A stretch of 42,547 nucleotides of DNA from a virus. How positions within the stretch are numbered: the stretch's first letter is position 1; each line of letters begins with the position of its first letter. Of this stretch, positions 40,584-42,547 are shown in pieces. The stretch lies in the IMG/VR virus record IMGVR_UViG_3300009439_000003; one strand, 5' to 3'. The notes below the pieces were generated by a model. The model saw nothing but the letters and a program-made list of their open reading frames with translations. It was not told the DNA's origin and ran no database searches. Both the position numbers and the translations under genes were made by a program.

Positions 40584-41002
40584 AAAATTTAGTGATACTT
40601 ATTGGGAATATAGGAGATGATATAAAAATGCACCATTTTGAGAATGGAGGATGTATTGCAAGGTTTCCATTAGCTACCTCATCATCTTATACAAATAAAC
40701 AAACAGGAGAAAAAGTTACCAATACAGAATGGCACCAATGTGTAGCAAGAAACAAAGGAGCAGAGTTGTTAGAGAAGTATGTAAGCAAGGGAGATAGGTT
40801 GTATATTAGAGGAAATATAACTTACAGAAAGTGGACAGACAGTAATGGAGTAGAAAGATATAGTACGGAGATTAATGTTGATGATTTCACATTTTTAACA
40901 ACAAAAAATCAAAATCAACAAAATGCCACAAGTAGTCAACCGCCTGCTCAACCGCAACAAAATGGAGGTAGTAATGAGGAATCAGATGACCTACCGTTCT
41001 AA
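40580..41002 (+). CDS. ssb: single-stranded DNA-binding protein
   Basis: OB-fold signature (VILIGNIGDD..., TEWHQCVA, LYIRGNITYRKW), a Gln/Pro-rich linker and the canonical C-terminal tip DDLPF. Confidence 0.95.
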   Translation: MKNLVILIGNIGDDIKMHHFENGGCIARFPLATSSSYTNKQTGEKVTNTEWHQCVARNKGAELLEKYVSKGDRLYIRGNITYRKWTDSNGVERYSTEINVDDFTFLTTKNQNQQNATSSQPPAQPQQNGGSNEESDDLPF

Positions 41003-41005
41003 GAT

Positions 41006-41248
41006 ATGAAATTGAGTTTTGAGAAACTTTGCGATATGATTAATGATGATGCCAAGCTCACGGAATTAAACCGAGTTTGGCATTATGTTGTTAAGCATAA
41101 ATTAGAATTTACGAGCAACCAAATTCGTTTCTTAAATGACAGGCTTAATGAGATAGGAGCCAAGGTTATTAATAATGAGGTTATAAAGAAAGAGGAGCAG
41201 ATTGATTTGTTAATGATTAGGATTGTAGATGGGAGATTGGTAAGTTGA
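41006..41248 (+). CDS. hypothetical protein (80 aa)
   Basis: ORF starting 3 nt after the ssb stop. Confidence 0.55.
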   Translation: MKLSFEKLCDMINDDAKLTELNRVWHYVVKHKLEFTSNQIRFLNDRLNEIGAKVINNEVIKKEEQIDLLMIRIVDGRLVS

Positions 41249-41955
41249 ATGAGTGCTATGATTATGCAATAAGCATTGAGGATGATTTAACCCAGAAAGA
41301 AAGAGAGTATTTGGGAGAGATGTTTTGGTATTGTTACCAAGATATAATTGACAGAGAGCAAAAGGAATATGAACAATTAAAAAAAGAATTTAAAATGCAA
41401 CATTCAAACAAGGAGTACAATGCGACTTTACACACAAGAAAAAAAGCGCTAACAGTTAAAAATCCATACGCAGAATATATTGCGAGAGGAGAGAAAAAAA
41501 TTGAGGTAAGGAGTAGAGATACAAAGCACAGAGGAGAGTTGATTATTTGTAGTAGTCAAAAGCCTGTAATACAAGAGATGCAAAGCGGATGTATTTTAGC
41601 ATCTGTAAATTTATGGCAAACAAAACCTTTCAAAGATTTAACGGAGGAGGAGAAATTGAGCACCAAAATACCAAGAGAGCAATGGGATGGATTGGATGAG
41701 CATTATGGATGCTTTTTAAAGGATGTGATTAGAATGGTTGAGTACCCTGTAAAAGGACAGCTTGGAATTTTCAACCTTGTAATGGATAGGATGGAATTTA
41801 TACCTTACAATAATGCAGAGGTTAGTGAGTTGATTGAAACGCACAAACCAAAGGAATTTGATAGGAAAGCAGTTGCAATCGGATGTTTATTTATAATAAT
41901 TATCTTTGCAATAGTGGGGTTTGCTATATGGGGCATAATAAAAGCATTCAGCTAA
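41245..41955 (+). CDS. ASCH-domain-like protein with a C-terminal TM anchor
   Basis: ALTVKNPYAEYIARGEKKIEVRSRDTKHRGELII resembles the ASCH N-terminal strand/GxKxxExR signature. The C-terminus is AVAIGCLFIIIIFAIVGFAIWGII. The start is TTG, overlapping the upstream TGA. Confidence 0.45.
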   Translation: MNECYDYAISIEDDLTQKEREYLGEMFWYCYQDIIDREQKEYEQLKKEFKMQHSNKEYNATLHTRKKALTVKNPYAEYIARGEKKIEVRSRDTKHRGELIICSSQKPVIQEMQSGCILASVNLWQTKPFKDLTEEEKLSTKIPREQWDGLDEHYGCFLKDVIRMVEYPVKGQLGIFNLVMDRMEFIPYNNAEVSELIETHKPKEFDRKAVAIGCLFIIIIFAIVGFAIWGIIKAFS

Positions 41956-42032
41956 TCCAAAATAAATTTATAACTCTATGCAGAGCGGATTTGTAAAAAC
42001 ATCGCAAAAAGCATATTCATAAAAAATAACCG

Positions 42033-42547
42033 ATGGCAGCAAATAAGAGAAATGATAAACAAAAATCACAGGACAGAACATTGATAGCAAATTGGATGGT
42101 TCAAAACAAAACTGTAAGAAAGATACAGGAGTTGTTGAATGAGAACAATTTGGAGAAAGGGAAAGGCTATACTTTGTCATTAGGACAAATTGCAGCCGAT
42201 ATGAAAATTGTATTGAAAGAGTGGCAGGATGAGAGAAAGGAGTTTATTGATTTTGTTGTTGATAGGGAGTTAAAGAAATTAGATATTATTGAGGCTGAAT
42301 GTTGGGAGGCTTGGGATAAAAGTAAGCAGGGAAAAAAGACAACTAAATTTTCTGGAGGTCAAATAACAAATACATCCGTATCTGGAGGAAAGATTAAGGA
42401 GAGAAGTTTGGAGGAAACAAGCGGAGAGGTTAAGTACCTTGACAAGATTTTTGATTGTATGGATAGGAGAAAGGATTTACTTGGATATGCAGCAGCTAAA
42501 AAAGTTGAGTTTTCTGGTAGCATAGGAGTTGGAGTTACACCAATGAG
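42033..42547 (+). CDS. terS: small terminase-like protein, N-terminal part (3' end continues at nt 1-184)
   Basis: ATG 42033 with the frame open to the window end. HTH-like TVRKIQELLNENN..YTLSLGQIAADMK. It lies directly upstream of terL once the 123-bp overlap is collapsed. Confidence 0.6.
   Translation, partial: MAANKRNDKQKSQDRTLIANWMVQNKTVRKIQELLNENNLEKGKGYTLSLGQIAADMKIVLKEWQDERKEFIDFVVDRELKKLDIIEAECWEAWDKSKQGKKTTKFSGGQITNTSVSGGKIKERSLEETSGEVKYLDKIFDCMDRRKDLLGYAAAKKVEFSGSIGVGVTPM
42425..42547 (+). repeat. 123-bp terminal duplication (copy 2)
   Basis: Identical to nt 1-123. Confidence 0.95.

Noticed and set aside
570-42180. All minus-strand ORFs in the supplied track (60-178 aa; for example 13232-13768, 32202-32636, 8172-8543, 16486-16887).
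   Set aside because: Each one lies antisense to a longer + strand gene that has recognisable motifs or tight gene coupling. Their Ser/Leu/Phe-rich, low-complexity translations are what the reverse complement of GAG/GGA/AAA-rich coding sequence produces. None has its own promoter-like box.
1-42547. Search for tRNA or tmRNA genes, CRISPR arrays, an integrase, attP or a lysogeny switch.
   Set aside because: No cloverleaf-compatible sequence (no GTTCGAATC-like T-arm) occurs in any intergenic region. There are no repeat-spacer arrays. No Tyr- or Ser-recombinase motifs appear in any ORF. This was a by-eye search only, so short or diverged elements could have been missed.

Overview
The window is a complete tailed dsDNA phage genome. 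Nt 1-123 are identical to 42425-42547, so the unit genome is 42,424 bp, either circularly permuted or closed by an assembly overlap. The small-terminase-like gene is split across the window edges.

Every credible gene is on the + strand, about 78 CDS in total. All minus-strand ORFs look like antisense artefacts.

Gene order:
- terS (42033 -> 184) and terL (189-1700).
- A cassette of small genes with early-type signals (1777-5112).
- Morphogenesis genes: candidate tail protein, portal, scaffold-like, major capsid, several virion proteins, a tail assembly chaperone with a -1 frameshift on an A10 run, a 1200-aa tape measure, distal tail proteins, and an SGNH-esterase tail fibre.
- Lysis genes: holin candidate, T7-lysozyme-type amidase, and an overlapping membrane / outer-membrane pair.
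- A strong terminator at 26333-26357.
- Early, replication and recombination genes (26514-41955): RNase H, lipoprotein, PD-(D/E)XK exonuclease, wHTH replication-initiator-like, MazG-like, RuvC-like, Topo VI-A-like Toprim protein, DnaQ-like exonuclease, HNH endonucleases, SSB and an ASCH-domain protein.

I saw no integrase, DNA polymerase, helicase, tRNA or CRISPR array.

Promoters fit the Bacteroidota TTG-N19/20-TAnnTTTG type and genes lack Shine-Dalgarno spacing, so the host is probably in the Flavobacteriia/Bacteroidota (inference).

The most interesting signal is an RNA-level pair:
1. An 11-nt leader motif, AAACCGAGAGC, sits 0-4 nt upstream of the start codon of at least 10 early-class genes.
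2. An ORF-less promoter-terminator unit (28592-28701) is predicted to make a ~75-nt RNA containing the exact reverse complement of that motif.

Other leads:
- A ParB-like plus GT-A glycosyltransferase island inside the structural block.
- A Topo VI-A-like gene interrupted by a +1 frame change.
- An A7-run frame change that would expose a C-terminal QLTLF clamp-binding-like motif.
- An overlapping spanin-like gene pair without a lipobox.
- Codon-usage mosaicism in the tail-fibre gene.

All functional calls rest on motif recognition by eye. No database search was possible.
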